From Planctomycetota bacterium (GTDB lineage: Bacteria; Planctomycetota; UBA11346), in contig DASPLE010000112.1 in assembly GCA_035627695.1 (NCBI GenBank), positions 5,626-69,625 of the forward strand: 64,000 nt of DNA, in the 5' to 3' direction. A program made the position numbers and the translations under genes. The notes below the pieces were generated by a model. It worked only from the letters and a program-made list of their open reading frames with translations. It was not told where the DNA came from and made no database searches. Below are positions 7,932-15,884 of the stretch, one piece after another; within the stretch, counting starts at the first letter, position 1; every line of letters starts with the position of its first letter.

Positions 7932-10070
7932 TCAGCGCGGCTGGACGACCTCGATGTCGGGAAGCGACGTGCCGATGACGATCACGCCGCCCGGCTCGTT
8001 GCCGGCGGCGCGGAAGCCGTCCCAGTCCATCGGGCGGTCGAGCCACGCCCAATGGAGGGCGGCGGGATCGGGCACGATGTAGCGGTTGCCGTCGAAGACG
8101 TTGGTGGCGAAGCAATCGCCGCGCCCGGTGTCGGTGCAGGCGCCGCAGAACGCATCGGGGCTGGTCATGAGAACGGCGTTGCCGCTGACCAGCGAGCCCG
8201 TGGCGCGCGGCGTCTCGTCCTGCTCCATGATGACGATCCCGTCGGCACCGGGGTCGGTGGCGACGACGCGGTTGCCCTGCACGCGCACGTCGGCGGAATT
8301 GCGCACCAGGATCTGCGCGCCCCAGGCCCAGCCGTTGTCCTGCGAGCCGTTGCCGGCGACGTGGTTGCCGGCGATCAGCGCGCCTCGGCCCTGCTTGTGC
8401 GCGATGCCTTCGCGCGCGTTGCCGACGACGTGGTTGCCGGCGATCGTGGTGTCCCGCGTCGCGCCCTCGGTGATCAGGCCGGCGCCGTGGTTGCCGGTGA
8501 TCGACGTCCCGCGCACGAGCAGGCCGGCGCATGCGCCGAACTTGGCGCCGCCGGCCTCCCAACCAGGATCGAATCCGGCGTGGTTGTTGCCGGTGATGCG
8601 GCAGCCGTCGACGACGAGTCCATCGCCCGACCCGCAGACCCCCTGCTGGCCGTTGCCGGTGACGGTGCAGTCGAGCAGCCGGCTGCCGTCGCGCATCGCG
8701 ACGCCGGTGCCGTGGTTGTGGCGGATGACGCAGCGCTCGATGGTCCAGCGGACGACGCCCTCCTGGTCGCCGATCGCGCCCATCTGCGCGGGATTGGCGT
8801 AGCCTTCGATCACCAGGTCGCGCAGCACGACGCCCTGCGCGCTGCCGGCGAAGGCGCAACGCGCGACGCCGATCTCGACGACATGACCGGCGGGATCGTC
8901 CGCCAGGTGCACGGTGTCCGCGTCGTAGTCGAACAGGAAGGTGCCGGGCTCCAGGGCGGCGCGGTCGCGCACGTGGCGCAGCGGCCGCCCATCGCGCAGG
9001 CAGTCCTCGGCGAACACCGCGCCCGCGCGACCGGGCAGCGCGCGGCCGTGCACCTGGCCCTGCTGGTCCTGCGCGCGCGCGACCCAGTGGCCATCGGCGG
9101 GCACGGCGTCGGCGATGACGCGCGCGCCGGACATGATCGCGCCCTCGTCGCCCTGGAAGACGTCGCCGTCCTTCGGCCGCACCTGCTGCAGGCGATGGAC
9201 GCCGGCGAGCAGGCGGTAGCGGGTGCCGGGCGGGTGCGCGTCGACCGCGGCCTGGAGGTCGTCGCCGACGGCGATCACCACCTCGCCGACGGGCGGCCGG
9301 TCGGTCGGCGCGCCGCCGAGCACGGCGACCGCGCCGCCGACCAGCGAGCCCATCAGGACGATGCCCGCCGCCCACGACGCGAGGGTCACGCCCCCGGTCG
9401 CCGACGCCGTGGTCGCCGCGGCGCCGTGCAGCGTCGCCAGCGATGCGACGAGCGATGCGGGCGCCGCATGGGACGGCTGCGCGGTGAGCAGATTCAGGAT
9501 CGCCGCGGCCGACAGCGCGAAGCCGGCGCGGCCGAGCCGCACGCGCAGGCGATCGCGCGCCCGCGACAGCTGCGCCGCGATCGTCCCGGGCGGGACCGAC
9601 AGCGCCTGGGCCGCCTCCTCCTGCGTCAGACCGGCGAAGTAGTGGAGCAGCACCGGTCGGCGGTAGCGCTCGGGCAGGGCCTCGACCGCGTCGCGGACGG
9701 CCGCGATGGACTCGGCGTCGCCCGGATCGCGGGCGGCGGGTTCGGGCATGGCATCCTCGCGGCGTTCGCGGCGGCGGCGCGCGCTGCGTCGTTGGTCGAT
9801 GGCGGCCGCGCACACCAGGCGGCCGAGCCAGGCGGCGAAGGCGATGCCGCCGTCGTAGCGCGGCGCGGTGGCGATCAGGCGCAGCCACGCCTCCTGCACG
9901 GCCTCCTCGGCCAGGTGCGGGTCACCGGTGATGCGCAGCGCCTGGGTGTAGGTGCGGTCGGCGACGAGCCGGAGGAGGCGATCGAGCGCGGCGCGGTCGC
10001 CACCCTTGGCGAAGCGCAGGAACAGCGCTTCGGCGGTGTCGGCGTCGCTCGGATCCGGGGCGGCATGCAT
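7932..10070 (-). CDS. ECF sigma-70 factor fused through one TM helix to an extracytoplasmic beta-helix domain
   Basis: ORF-track 713 aa (GTG at 10073, ATG at 10070). Sigma region 2 (AEEAVQEAWLRL) and region 4 (ALPERYRRPVLLHYFAGLTQEEAAQALSVPPGTIAAQLSRARDRL). Hydrophobic segment WAAGIVLMGSLVGGAVAVLGGA. The beta-helix is collinear with the neighbour, sharing FDYDAD, DDPAG.VVE, RCAFA, PAQMGAIGDQ, NHGTGV, GWEAGG.KF and HWAW...DW.G.RA.G.EP. Confidence 0.85.
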   Translation of the reverse strand: MHAAPDPSDADTAEALFLRFAKGGDRAALDRLLRLVADRTYTQALRITGDPHLAEEAVQEAWLRLIATAPRYDGGIAFAAWLGRLVCAAAIDQRRSARRRRERREDAMPEPAARDPGDAESIAAVRDAVEALPERYRRPVLLHYFAGLTQEEAAQALSVPPGTIAAQLSRARDRLRVRLGRAGFALSAAAILNLLTAQPSHAAPASLVASLATLHGAAATTASATGGVTLASWAAGIVLMGSLVGGAVAVLGGAPTDRPPVGEVVIAVGDDLQAAVDAHPPGTRYRLLAGVHRLQQVRPKDGDVFQGDEGAIMSGARVIADAVPADGHWVARAQDQQGQVHGRALPGRAGAVFAEDCLRDGRPLRHVRDRAALEPGTFLFDYDADTVHLADDPAGHVVEIGVARCAFAGSAQGVVLRDLVIEGYANPAQMGAIGDQEGVVRWTIERCVIRHNHGTGVAMRDGSRLLDCTVTGNGQQGVCGSGDGLVVDGCRITGNNHAGFDPGWEAGGAKFGACAGLLVRGTSITGNHGAGLITEGATRDTTIAGNHVVGNAREGIAHKQGRGALIAGNHVAGNGSQDNGWAWGAQILVRNSADVRVQGNRVVATDPGADGIVIMEQDETPRATGSLVSGNAVLMTSPDAFCGACTDTGRGDCFATNVFDGNRYIVPDPAALHWAWLDRPMDWDGFRAAGNEPGGVIVIGTSLPDIEVVQPR

Positions 10071-10213
10071 CACCAGCTACCCGTACGCCCCGGCCGGATT
10101 GTTGCACGCATTCCGGGGCGGGGGGTCGCCGTCTCGGCAGTGACACGCCTCGGCGGCCGGCGGCCTGCCCTGATGAACCGCTCACCGGTTGGCGGGAGCC
10201 GACGCGTGCAGCC

Positions 10214-10459
10214 CTAGATGTCGTCCCGCGTTGCGCCCGCAGATCCCGGCGGATCCCAGGCGAAGTCGCTCTCGATGTCGAAGGCAACATCGCAGACGAC
10301 GACGCGGGCGAAGCGCCGGTAGGCCTCGTCCGAGACCCATGCCAACGCTTCACCCTTCACGGCGAAGACCTCGGGCGGGTGGTGGCAGTAGGCGTCCACC
10401 ACCTCCCACCCGTCCGCGGTCGGTACGACCAGCAGCAGCGAATCGACGCCCGCCGCCAT
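10214..10459 (-). CDS. Hypothetical small protein (81 aa)
   Basis: Track ORF with high third-position GC typical of the real genes here. No family recognised. Confidence 0.5.
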   Translation of the reverse strand: MAAGVDSLLLVVPTADGWEVVDAYCHHPPEVFAVKGEALAWVSDEAYRRFARVVVCDVAFDIESDFAWDPPGSAGATRDDI

Positions 10460-10468
10460 GGCCGGTGC

Positions 10469-10672
10469 TCAGACGTGCTGAGCGGTCAGCCCGGTGCGGT
10501 CGAGCGCGCCGCGGGCTTCGTCGAGCAGGTCGGCGACCTTGCCGACGCCGTCCTTGATGCGGTCGCCGAGCTCCATGAGCTCGTGGCGCGCCTCGGGATC
10601 GGTCGCCAGCTTGTAGGCCACGAACGCGGCGGCCGCAGCCACGCCGACGGTGATCAGATTCTTGCTGTCCAT
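10469..10672 (-). CDS. Small membrane-anchored helical protein (67 aa), YtxH/stress-protein-like
   Basis: Track ORF. N-terminal TM segment LITVGVAAAAAFVAYKL followed by a charged helical region. Codon usage is gene-like. Confidence 0.55.
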   Translation of the reverse strand: MDSKNLITVGVAAAAAFVAYKLATDPEARHELMELGDRIKDGVGKVADLLDEARGALDRTGLTAQHV

Positions 10673-10694
10673 TCTTGTCTCTCTCTGGTTCGGG

Positions 10695-10778
10695 TCAGCG
10701 GCGGGTGCCGCGGTTACGGAAGCGGTTCATCAACCAACGCAGGGCGAAGAGCTTGAACATCGGTCCGGCGAGTCGCAT
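10695..10778 (-). CDS. Candidate micro-protein (27 aa) MRLAGPMFKLFALRWLMNRFRNRGTRR
   Basis: Below the ORF-track cutoff. Found by reading the minus strand: GAGGTGA Shine-Dalgarno 4 nt upstream of the ATG (rc of 10776-10778), stop at 10695-10697, 22 nt upstream of the 67-aa gene. Confidence 0.25.
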   Translation of the reverse strand: MRLAGPMFKLFALRWLMNRFRNRGTRR

Positions 10779-10964
10779 AAGTCACCTCGACGACGATTCT
10801 AGCAGCCCGCTTGCGCGCTCCGCACCGACATCGCCCTTCTTCCACAGGCGAGCTCCGCGAAGTTAAGGACCTCGCAGTCCGTGTGATCTCCACGGCACGC
10901 GCCTGCGTCGATCACCCATCGGCGTAGGATCGCCGGGCCGCACCGCGGCGAGGATGGGTGGATC

Positions 10965-11888
10965 ATGGCGCGACCGATCTGGAGCGGGGCGATCAGCTTC
11001 GGCATCGTCAACATCCCGGTGAAGCTGTTCGGCGCGGTGCGCGACCGCGGGCTGCACTTCCATCAGATCAGCGAGAAGCACAAGAAGCGCATCCGCTACC
11101 GGAAGGTCGCCGAGGGCCATGACGAGGAGGTCCACCAGGACGACATCGTCAAGGGCTACGAACTGTCGAAGGGCCGCTACGTCATCGTCGCCGAGAAGGA
11201 GTTCCAGCAGCTCGCGGCGAAGAAGAGCAAGGCCATCGACATCATCGACTTCGTCGGCCTGCACGAGATCGACCCGCTGTACTTCGACCAGCCGTACTAC
11301 GTCGTGCCGGATGAGAAGGCCGGGCGTTCGTACTGGCTGCTGCTCGAGGCGCTGGCCAAGGCCGACAAGGTCGCGATCGCGCAGTTCGTCATGCGCAGCA
11401 AGGAATACCTCGCGGCCGTGCGACCGCTCAACGGCACGCTGTGCCTCGAGACCATGCGCTACGCCGACGAGATCGTCTCGCCCAAGGAGATCGGCATCGA
11501 CGACAGCGCGCGCGAGAAGCCGCAGGATCGCGAGCTCAAGATCGCCAACCAGCTCATCGAGTCGATGACCACGACCTTCGATCCGACGCACTACCGCGAC
11601 GACTACCGCGAGCGCGTGATGGCGTTCATCGAGAAGAAGGCCAAGGGCAAGGGCGTCGAGGTGCTGGACGAGGAGTGGGAGGACGAGCACCACGAGAAGC
11701 CGGGCAAGGTCATCGACCTGATGGCCGCGCTCGAGGAGAGCCTCAACCGCGCCAAGGGCGGCGCGCACCCGCGTTCGCGCAAGCCGGCGCTCAAGCACCA
11801 CGGCGACAAGCATCCGGACAAGGGCCACGAGAAGGGCCACGACAAGGGCGGCGACAAGGGCCACCACGGCCGCAAGCGCGCGGGCTGA
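10965..11888 (+). CDS. ku: Ku protein (non-homologous end joining)
   Basis: ORF-track 307 aa. MARPIWSGAISFGIVNIPVKLF is the canonical bacterial Ku N-terminus. The C-terminus is a Lys/His-rich basic tail. Confidence 0.95.
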   Translation: MARPIWSGAISFGIVNIPVKLFGAVRDRGLHFHQISEKHKKRIRYRKVAEGHDEEVHQDDIVKGYELSKGRYVIVAEKEFQQLAAKKSKAIDIIDFVGLHEIDPLYFDQPYYVVPDEKAGRSYWLLLEALAKADKVAIAQFVMRSKEYLAAVRPLNGTLCLETMRYADEIVSPKEIGIDDSAREKPQDRELKIANQLIESMTTTFDPTHYRDDYRERVMAFIEKKAKGKGVEVLDEEWEDEHHEKPGKVIDLMAALEESLNRAKGGAHPRSRKPALKHHGDKHPDKGHEKGHDKGGDKGHHGRKRAG

Positions 11889-11923
11889 CGCCGGGCGATC
11901 CAGACCACGAGGAGCTGCAGCAG

Positions 11924-13135
11924 ATGGACAATGGCATGAAGCGCGCGCTTCCGGTCGCCGCGGCCGGCGCCGCCGCCCTGGCGGCGTGGAAGATCGGACC
12001 GCGGCGCATCGCGCGCGGGCTCGGCGGCCTCGGCATCGCCGTCACGACGCACGTCGTCGACACGATCGCCGTCGAGGTTCGTCGCAACCGCGACGCGTGG
12101 CGCGATCCGGACGCGCGCGATGCGCAGCGCCCCGAGGCCGACGCCGAGGCATGTCCGATCCCCGCCGCCGCGCCCGCCGAGGCTGGCCCCCGGCTGCGCG
12201 GCAAGGCCGCGTGGTGGGCGGTGACCAAGGAGACCTTCGCCGGCTACGGCGCCGACAAGCTGCCGCGGCTGTCGGCGTCGCTCGCCTACTACACCATCTT
12301 CTCGCTCGCGCCCCTGCTGCTGCTGTGCCTGGGCATCATCGGCCTGGTCTTCGACCGCGAGACCGTGCAGGCGCAGCTGCTCGCGCAGTTCGGCCAGCTG
12401 ATCGGCAAGGAAGGCGCCGAGGCGATCGCGATCATGCTCGGCGCCGGCAGCGCGACGAAGTCGTCGGTCTTCGCGACGGTCATCGGCATCGCGATCCTGA
12501 TCTACACCGCGACCAACGTCTTCGTCGAGCTGCAGTCGGCGATCAACACCATCTGGAAGGTCGGACCGCGCGCCGGGCTCGGCTTCTGGGGCGCGATCCG
12601 GCGTCGGTTCGCGCCCTTCACCATGATCCTGGGCGTCGGCTTCCTGCTGATCACCTCCCTGATCGTCAGCGCCGGCGTCACCGCCCTCGCCGCCTGGCTG
12701 TCGCAGCGCTTCCCGGCGCTCGAGGTCGTCCTGCGCCTCGCCGACGTCGTCATCTTCCTCGGCCTCTCGACGCTGCTGTTCGCGATGATCTACAAGGTGC
12801 TGCCCGACGTGAAGCTGCGCTGGAGCGACGTGTGGTCGGGCGCGCTGCTCGCCGCGGTGATGTTCTCGATCGGGCGTTTCCTCATCGGCCTCTATCTCGG
12901 CCATTCGTCGGTCGCGTCGAGCTTCGGCGCCGCCGGGTCGCTGGTGGTGCTGCTGATCTGGATCTACTACTCGAGCCAGATGCTCCTGCTCGGCGCCGAG
13001 TTCACCCGCGCCCGCGTGCGGGTCTACGGGCCGCCGGTCGAGGTCGACGACGACGCGGCCAAGACGCTGCCCGACGAATGCCGCCCCGAGCCGGCGGTGG
13101 TCGGTCCATCGCAGCCGCCGAAAACCCGGCGGTGA
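11924..13135 (+). CDS. YihY/BrkB-family inner-membrane protein with a roughly 100-aa N-terminal extension
   Basis: In-frame ATG at 11924 (GAGGAG upstream) inside track ORF 11441..13135. Core LSASLAYYTIFSLAPLLLL...VFVELQSAINTIWKV plus multiple TM segments. Confidence 0.85.
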   Translation: MDNGMKRALPVAAAGAAALAAWKIGPRRIARGLGGLGIAVTTHVVDTIAVEVRRNRDAWRDPDARDAQRPEADAEACPIPAAAPAEAGPRLRGKAAWWAVTKETFAGYGADKLPRLSASLAYYTIFSLAPLLLLCLGIIGLVFDRETVQAQLLAQFGQLIGKEGAEAIAIMLGAGSATKSSVFATVIGIAILIYTATNVFVELQSAINTIWKVGPRAGLGFWGAIRRRFAPFTMILGVGFLLITSLIVSAGVTALAAWLSQRFPALEVVLRLADVVIFLGLSTLLFAMIYKVLPDVKLRWSDVWSGALLAAVMFSIGRFLIGLYLGHSSVASSFGAAGSLVVLLIWIYYSSQMLLLGAEFTRARVRVYGPPVEVDDDAAKTLPDECRPEPAVVGPSQPPKTRR

Positions 13136-13215
13136 GGCAGGCGACCACGGCGACGCGCCGCGCGCGATCAGGCGCCCGCGCGAAGCGGCGCCTGACGCCT
13201 CCGGCGCTGACCCCG

Positions 13216-14127
13216 ATGATGGCCAAGCCCGCCCCGCTGCCGAGCGGCGCCGGGTGGAGCTTCGAGTTCAAGTGGGACGGTTTCCGCGCGCTCGGCGCGT
13301 TCGACGGGATCGATCTGCGCCTGATCAGCCGCAACGGCAACGACCTGACCGTCCAGTTCCCCGAGATCGCCCCCCTGGCCAAGACCCTGCGCGAGCCGTG
13401 CCTGCTCGACGGCGAGCTGGTCGCGCTCGATGCGGATTCGCGACCGAGCTTCAGCCTGATGCAGCAGCGCGTGGACCGCGGCACGGCCGGCGGCGCGCGG
13501 ATGTCGATCGCCTACATCGTCTTCGACCTGCCGTGGCATGACGGCGATGATCTCTGCGCGATGCCGCTGACGGCGCGGCGCGCGCGGCTCGCCGAGCTGG
13601 GCCTCGACGACCCGCGCTGGCGCGTGCCGGGCTCCCACGACGACGGCGCCGAGATGCTGCGCCTGGCGCGCGCGCACGGCCTCGAGGGCGTCATCGCCAA
13701 GCGCGACGACAGCCCCTATCGCCCGGGCAGGCGCAGCGGCGAATGGCTGAAGATCAAGATCGTCAAACGCGACGAGTTCGTCGTCGGCGGCTACGCGTTC
13801 GGCAAGGACGGGAAGAGCCTCGGCGCGCTGCTGCTGGGCTTCCACGACGCCACCGGCCGGTTGATCTACGCCGGTCGCGTCGGCACCGGCTTCAGCATCC
13901 GGCAACGCCGCGAGCTCAAGGCGCGCCTCGACGCGCAGGCCTGCGCCGCCAGCCCGTTCGCGAACCTCAAGCGCCAGAAGGACGCGGTGTGGTCGACCCC
14001 GCTGCTGGTGGCCGAGGTCGGCTACAGCGAGTGGACGCACGACGCCTCGCTGCGCCATCCGACGTTCCAGGGACTGCGCGTCGACAAGTCGCCCGCGGAG
14101 GTCCTCGATCCGCGCGTCGGCGCGTGA
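13216..14127 (+). CDS. ATP-dependent DNA ligase, ligase domain only (no polymerase or phosphoesterase domain)
   Basis: In-frame ATG at 13216 inside track ORF 11986..14127. WSFEFKWDGFR (adenylation Lys motif I), LLDGELV, EGVIAKR, WLKIK. Confidence 0.9.
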   Translation: MMAKPAPLPSGAGWSFEFKWDGFRALGAFDGIDLRLISRNGNDLTVQFPEIAPLAKTLREPCLLDGELVALDADSRPSFSLMQQRVDRGTAGGARMSIAYIVFDLPWHDGDDLCAMPLTARRARLAELGLDDPRWRVPGSHDDGAEMLRLARAHGLEGVIAKRDDSPYRPGRRSGEWLKIKIVKRDEFVVGGYAFGKDGKSLGALLLGFHDATGRLIYAGRVGTGFSIRQRRELKARLDAQACAASPFANLKRQKDAVWSTPLLVAEVGYSEWTHDASLRHPTFQGLRVDKSPAEVLDPRVGA

Positions 14128-14140
14128 TCGCGTCCCGTTC

Positions 14141-14884
14141 CTAGAGCTCGACGGTTCGCGCCCAGCGACGGCGGTACGCGCGCGGCGACATCGCGAAGGC
14201 GCGGCGGAAGTCGCGGGTGAAATGGCTGTGGTCGCCATAGCCGACGGCCAGGGCGATGGCGGTGATCGGCTGCGCCCCGTCCACCAGCGAGCGGCAGGCG
14301 TGGTGCAGGCGCAGCTTGCGCTGGTACTGGAGCACGCTCGTGCCGAACGCGCTCGCGAACGCCCGCTCGAGCGAGCGCACCGATCGCCCGACGAAGCGCG
14401 CCAGGCGGCGCTTGTCGAGCGGCAGGTGGTAATGGCGCCTGAGGTGTTCGACGACCGGGCCGAGGCGATCGAACGGCGCGAGGGCGACCGCCGAGGCGTC
14501 GATGTCGCGCGTGATGCCGGCGGTCGCGACCACGCGGCCATCCCGACCGCGCAGCGGCACCTTGTTGGTCAGGTGCCAGCCGGCGGTGCGGTCCGGACGC
14601 GCGACCAGCTCGACGCGATCGCGCAGCGGCCGGCCGGCGAGGACCTGGCGATCGTCGCCCTGGTACTGCTGCGCGAGGTGCGGCGGGAAGAGCTCGTCGT
14701 CGCGCTTGCCGACGACCGCCGCCGCGTCGGCGAACCCGTAGTTGCGCAGCAGCGCGCGGTTGACGCGCAGGTAGCGGCCGGCGCGGTCCTTGATCCAGAA
14801 CTGCACGTCGTCGAGCGCGTCGAACAGGCTCTCGCCGTGGTCGTCGGCGAGCAGCGACGCCAGCGGATCGGTGCTCCGGGCCAT
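14141..14884 (-). CDS. AraC-family transcriptional regulator with N-terminal PAS-like sensor domain
   Basis: ORF-track 247 aa. PAS-like FWIKDRAGRYLRVNRALL...NKVPLRGRDGRVVATAGITRDI. C-terminal AraC HTH ITAIALAVGYGDHSHFTRDFRRAFAMSPRAYRR. Confidence 0.85.
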   Translation of the reverse strand: MARSTDPLASLLADDHGESLFDALDDVQFWIKDRAGRYLRVNRALLRNYGFADAAAVVGKRDDELFPPHLAQQYQGDDRQVLAGRPLRDRVELVARPDRTAGWHLTNKVPLRGRDGRVVATAGITRDIDASAVALAPFDRLGPVVEHLRRHYHLPLDKRRLARFVGRSVRSLERAFASAFGTSVLQYQRKLRLHHACRSLVDGAQPITAIALAVGYGDHSHFTRDFRRAFAMSPRAYRRRWARTVEL

Positions 14885-14975
14885 GTGTCGCGATCAGCAT
14901 GGTCGGTGGCGCCGCCGTCCAAGACCGGATCGCGGCGCCGGCCACGCTGCGCTGAACCGCTCGAGGAGTCAGCGA

Positions 14976-15884
14976 ATGAAGGTCGGCATCGACAGCTACT
15001 GCTACCACCGGTTCTTCGGCGAGGTCTACGCCCAGCAGCGTCCGCCGGAGCGGCGCATGACCCTCGAGGACTTCATCGACCGCGCGCACGCGCTCGGCGT
15101 CGATGGCGTGTCGCTGGAGTCCTGCTTCATCCCGCGGCGCGACGACCCCGGCTACCTGCGCGGGATCCGCGAGCGCCTGGACGGGTACGGCCTCGACCGG
15201 GTCTACGCCTGGGGCCACCCCGACGGCCTGCGCGGCGGCACGGCGCCGGAGGAGTACCAGGACATGATCGCCTCGCTGGCGCACGCCGGGCGGATCGGCG
15301 CGAAGGTCATGCGCATCGTCGGCTCGAGCCTGATGTTCCGCTTCGAGGACCACCAGGCGCAGATCCGTCGCCTCGCCGTGCAGCTGCGCGAGGCGGTCAA
15401 GGTCGCGGCCGACCACGGCATCAAGCTGGCGATCGAGAACCACATCGACTTCACGGCCAGGGAGATCCTGCAGCTGATCGAGGAGGTCGATTCGCCGTGG
15501 CTCGGCGTCAACTTCGACACCGGCAACTTCGCGCGCCTGCTCGACGACCCGATCAAGGGCATGGAGCTGCTCGCTCCGCATACGCTGGCGACGCACATCA
15601 AGGACCTGCGCGTCAACCCGATGGCGGCGGTGGACGACTGGTACTTCCTGTCGACCACGCCGGTGGGCGCCGGGTTCATCGACAACCTGCGCCTGGCGCG
15701 CCTGCTGCACGCCGCCGGCTACCAGGGCTTCCTCGCCATGGAGATCGACTTCCTCCATCCCGACTTCGCCGACGACGAGGACGGCGCGGTCGCCGCGAGC
15801 GTCGCATCGCTGCGCGCGATCGCCGCGGCGGTCACGGCCGAGGCGCCGGCCGCCCGGGCGGTCGCCACCGGACCGCGCCGATGA
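14976..15884 (+). CDS. Sugar phosphate isomerase/epimerase (xylose-isomerase-like TIM barrel)
   Basis: In-frame ATG at 14976 with GAGGAG upstream (track ORF 14790..15884). MKVGIDSYCY..., LAIENH, FDTGN. Confidence 0.85.
   Translation: MKVGIDSYCYHRFFGEVYAQQRPPERRMTLEDFIDRAHALGVDGVSLESCFIPRRDDPGYLRGIRERLDGYGLDRVYAWGHPDGLRGGTAPEEYQDMIASLAHAGRIGAKVMRIVGSSLMFRFEDHQAQIRRLAVQLREAVKVAADHGIKLAIENHIDFTAREILQLIEEVDSPWLGVNFDTGNFARLLDDPIKGMELLAPHTLATHIKDLRVNPMAAVDDWYFLSTTPVGAGFIDNLRLARLLHAAGYQGFLAMEIDFLHPDFADDEDGAVAASVASLRAIAAAVTAEAPAARAVATGPRR

Noticed and set aside
4861-8082. Very long + strand ORF (1073 aa) opposite the methyltransferase and beta-helix genes. Similar giants occur at 1368-3629(-), 50322-54494(-), 54790-58704(-), 58584-62084(-), 60377-63478(+) and 47319-49706(+).
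   Set aside because: Their translations are Arg/Ala/Gly/Pro/Asp-rich with no motifs. Each lies antisense or out of frame to a gene with clear family signatures. These are typical shadow ORFs of DNA above 70% GC.
5596-9888. Single 1430-aa minus-strand ORF suggesting one giant protein.
   Set aside because: Only the C-terminal 762 aa, from MARIRC at 7884, are protein-like. The N-terminal part is an Arg/Pro-rich shadow overlapping the sigma-fusion gene, which is read in another frame (7932-10070).
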